Shown here piece after piece: positions 60,448 through 64,000 of a stretch of DNA of 64,000 nt; positions within the stretch are counted from its first letter, which is position 1, and every line of letters begins with the position of its first letter. The position numbers and the translations under genes were made by a program. The stretch spans positions 7,194,044-7,258,043 of the forward strand of contig CM121343.1 of NCBI GenBank assembly GCA_051530055.1, in the 5' to 3' direction. The notes beneath the pieces were generated by a model, which saw only the letters and a list, made by a program, of their open reading frames with translations, searched no databases and was not told where the DNA came from. This DNA comes from Neoechinorhynchus agilis. Lineage: Eukaryota > Animalia > Acanthocephala.

Positions 60448-61430
60448 GAATCCTCTTCTTTCTCAATGATATTAAGGCTACCGAATTTCCGATTCGCTTA
60501 AAATTTCTTGATTTTACCAGCACAATGTATTAATTTTAATGAATATTCTCTTTTAAGTCACGAAAACTAACAAAATAATTTCACGGCTACCGAGTTTCTG
60601 ATTCGCTTAAAGTTTCTTCATTTGACGAGCAGAATATATTAGTTTTAATAAATAATCTTCTTTAATTGACTCAATAGAACTCAATTATTTTAAGACTTCC
60701 GAGTCTCTGATTCGCTTAAAGTTCCTTGATTTTACCAACAGAATATATTAATTTTAATCAATCCTCTTCTTTAAGTGACTAAATAGAACTCCAGTATTTT
60801 AAGGCTACCGAGTCTGTGATTGGCTTAAAATTTCTTGATTTTACCAACAGAATATATTAATTTTAATGAATCCTCTTCTTTGAGTGACAAAATAGAACTC
60901 AATTATTTTAAGGCTACCGAGTCTGTGATTAGTTTAAAGTTTCTTGATTTTACCAACAGAATATATTAATTTTAATGAATGCTCTTCTTTAAGTGACAAA
61001 ACTTTACTCAATGGTATTAAGGCTACCGAGTCTCTGATTCGTTTTAAGTTTCTTGATTTTACCAGCACAATGTATTAATTTTAATGAATCCTCTTCTTTA
61101 AGTGGCTAAATAGAACTCAATGATATTAAGGCTTCCGAGTCTCTGATTCGCTTAAAGTTTCTTCATTTGACGAGCAGAATATATTAATTTTAATCAATCC
61201 TCTTCTTTAAGTTGCTAAATAGAACTCAATGATATTAAGGCTTCCGAGTCTCTGATTCGCTTAAAGTTCCTTGATTTTACCAACAGAATATATTAATTTT
61301 AATGAATCCTCTTCTTTGAATCCAAACACTAAATAATTTCACTACTACCGAATATCTGATTCGCTTAAACGTTCTTGATTTTACCAACACGATATCTTAA
61401 TTTTTATGAATTCTCTTCTTTTAGTGGCAT
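60448..61430. repeat. 109-bp tandem satellite, about 9 copies
   Basis: aaggct(a/t)ccgag starts at 60801, 60910, 61019, 61128 and 61237. Confidence 0.95.
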
Positions 61431-62221
61431 AATAAAACTGAACAATTTTACGCTTACTGAGTCTCCTTGTCCCTTGAAGTTTTTATTATATTTTACACGA
61501 TATCTTCATTTTCACGAATCCTCTGTTTTAAATTGCGAAATAAAGCTCAATCATTCAACGACTACAGTCTTTTCGTCACTTGAAGTTTCTTTGTTCTCAT
61601 CAACGTCCTCTCTCGTCAACGTCCTCTAATCAATGAACGTTGAACGAGAATCGGACAAGTATTCCACTCTTATTGATGTTGCATTAAAGAAATGCTTTTA
61701 ACGAGTTACTGAAACTCTAAAAGGACTCATTAATTGAAGTGATGAGCACAGTTAAGGATATATTGGCGCAGGCTATTCAGTGTCAAAAAATACAAAGGGG
61801 AAAAGCTAACGGTTTAAAAAGGCAGACAAAAGTTTCAAAGGTGAATTCTAAGAAACAGACTAAAGGTTTACTGAAATCGGATAGTGAAGCTTTCACAAAG
61901 GAGAATACAGCGAATGTTTCGACAATTACTTGGGACTTGGTACCATCTTCAGAGGCTATTCGGCCCGTGGTACTTTATGATTCCAATATTACTGTGGAGG
62001 AGTCTGATATTGTGACTGGGATAAAAGGCGATCCAGCTGAAGTAACTACTAAGAAAGCTACGGTCGAACAATAGGTCCATGCAACACCTGAAAGAGTAGT
62101 AACACGAGCAAAAGGAGGAACACAATCAAAATCAATCAACCCTCCAATTCATTTCGGTAATGATACGCCTTCTCCACCTCAGCAATCATCCCTCGTTGCT
62201 CTGAATTCGACCCTTCGCATC

Positions 62222-63197
62222 ATGCACTCCTCCATCGAGGATAGAAATCGCACCATATTTATTTCTGGTATGCCGGAAGCCCCTGTTACAAATCCTGTCG
62301 CCGCTGATGCACACAACCGCAACCAAATCCTTCGAATCGGTCAACTCCTGTTCCCGACATTCACTCCACTATTCCTCCCCCATCAACAGTTATGCGCATT
62401 CCCTCCAAAAATCCCTTTAACTCGAGACCATGTCTTCTCAAAGTAACTTTTATTTCACCACTCGTAGCCTCCCTCTTTCTTAACAGGAGATACAAACTCC
62501 TTACTTCTCAATTTTCTTTTCGTATCTATTAACTTAAGAACTCATCACAAAATCTTTCCACCGTCCCTCCAAACTCAACCCAGAACTCATCTTCCCAATG
62601 TAACCCGTCACTTTTAGCGAACACCCATGAACATCTCCCCCATCCTAAAAAATCGAAGAACAAGCGACTTCCCAGTTTCTCTGATTACATGCAACTCCAC
62701 CGGCGCCCGAATAACCACAAAGGTCAATCTCCCAGCCGTTCCACATTAAATACTCTCTTTTTCCCGAATCAAGTAAATCCATGCAAAGTCCCAACCCTAA
62801 ACTCATTTCTATCATTACCATTCACTCATTCCAACTCAAATTTTGGAGTCGCCCCCGAACTTCTCTCTTTGGGCTAATCAATCGTTCTTTGTCGGCATCC
62901 CGTAACGATTCCTCCCTTAACCCACCACCCGCAACGAACAATGCAACCCCATTCTCCCTCACTTCCGCCCTCCCCCCATTTCCCGAAATCCAAAACTCCC
63001 TTTCCCACCGTTTTCTACTCCAATACTCGTAGCCTCCTTCCTTAACTAGATGAAATTTCACTCATTTCATTTACCTCAAAAGTAGACGTAGTCATCTTAA
63101 CAGAAACGTGGATTACCCCCTTCAACAGCGATTCGGCCATCCTTCCCGGGTACTCTTCCTTCCATAAATACCGTGATGACCGCTCAGGATGGGAGGT
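62222..63197 (+). mobile_element. 5' part of a CR1/L2-like LINE (ORF1 remnant and start of APE endonuclease)
   Basis: EDRNRTIFISGMPE..RPCLLKV (ORF1-like); VDVVILTETW..ILPGYSSFHKYRDDRSG..VSIY (APE). Confidence 0.8.
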
Positions 63198-64000
63198 TTC
63201 AATTTACTACGGCGCCATTTTTCGGAATTGAAAATCCGTAATATTTACGATTTTTTGCCAACACAGCGTGCCAGAGATGTTGCCAATGAAGGCACATAGA
63301 AAGAAGTTGTTCTTTGGATAGAAGCTGCATAATTTTCTCTGGGCCCCATAACAAGTTAGACTGTCGGAATAAAGGCACTGTGGTGGAAATCATTACGGGT
63401 ATCAGATGTTTTGTAGCTCCGCTGCACAATATTTCTTCTTATTGTGTGTTGGCGAATTATGTCTCCGGTGTTTTCGTTGCTCATTTATTTTAGAAATATT
63501 TCGCAAGGTTTTCCTTGCCTCTTCAGTCTCTATTTAAAATGGAGGACATAGACAGCATGCACCGCCGGTCACGTCTGGATGCAGCTCAGATCCGCGGGTT
63601 TGCTAATACCCGAAGTGTGAGGAGTTCCATCCGCACACACCTCTTGCGGTTTGTTGCCGACTAATTTGCCCGTCATGCTACGCAACTTTGGTAGCACCAG
63701 AGTGTGGTTTGATTTATTGCCCTACATCGTAGGACTTCCCCGGATGTGAATGGCCTCAAGAATCAGTCTTCTTCTAAGATCCGGTTCGCTGGTTATGAAT
63801 CTCGCCTTTTCAAAATCCACCTTGTGCTGGATTGTTTGCTGATGGTTCGAGATTGCTGAGGATTTGTCGAAAGTCCTGCAAGCCTGTTTATGCTGCGAGA
63901 TCCGTTTCTTGACCCCTTGCATAGTTTGCCCAATGTATACACTTGAGCATTCTGCACATGGAATTTTGCAGATCCCTGATTTGGTCTCTTGCTTGGTTTT
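63198..64000 (-). mobile_element. Penelope-like element 3' end: GIY-YIG endonuclease, pseudo-LTR and extension
   Basis: GICKIPCAECSSVYIGQT..KKRISQHK..SAISNH..HKVDFE..RRRLILEAIHI. GIY has become GIC. Confidence 0.9.
63492..63529 (-). ncRNA. Minimal hammerhead ribozyme in the Penelope pseudo-LTR (predicted)
   Basis: AGA-CUGAAGA-G-GCAAGG-aaaa-CCUUGC-GAAA-UAU-U-UCU, about 200 nt downstream of the GIY-YIG stop. Confidence 0.82.

Noticed and set aside
61739-62074. 111-aa ORF as a host gene
   Set aside because: It lies directly upstream of a LINE ORF1 remnant with no recognisable domain; probably element-derived.
1-64000. rRNA genes, telomeric repeats, spliced-leader genes, horizontally acquired bacterial genes
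   Set aside because: None recognised by eye.

Overview
AT-rich eukaryotic (metazoan-type) genomic DNA with compact genes and 30-60 nt GT-AG introns. The organism cannot be determined from this window. 1-17.5 kb is repeat-dominated: LINE tails, a decayed Ty3/Gypsy pol, about 20 copies of a 154-bp satellite, and an 11.8-kb array of a 24-nt unit that looks like a decaying Thr/Asp-rich mucin-type coding repeat. 17.6-60 kb holds recognisable genes (MRPL40, LMAN2/VIP36, Boule-like RRM, DUSP12-type zinc domain, CD164-like plus a head-to-head mini-paralogue, CSN1-like, LDLa-claudin-like, non-PSTAIRE CDK, Rab39), interspersed with CR1/L2-like, RTE, CRE-like and Penelope retroelement pieces. The strongest unexplained signal is a set of at least 11 short (90-320 bp) asymmetric fold-back insertions. 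Each has one long arm and one shorter inverted arm, and each is flanked by a 7-15 bp target-site duplication; for one of them the empty-site allele is visible elsewhere in the window. Several carry minimal type I hammerhead ribozyme cores from at least five sequence families, always pointing outward, with compensatory changes in stem I. One family shares its hammerhead type with the Penelope-like GIY-YIG element at the window end, and one fold-back carries CRE-element sequence instead. All calls were made by eye; coordinates of degenerate elements are approximate.
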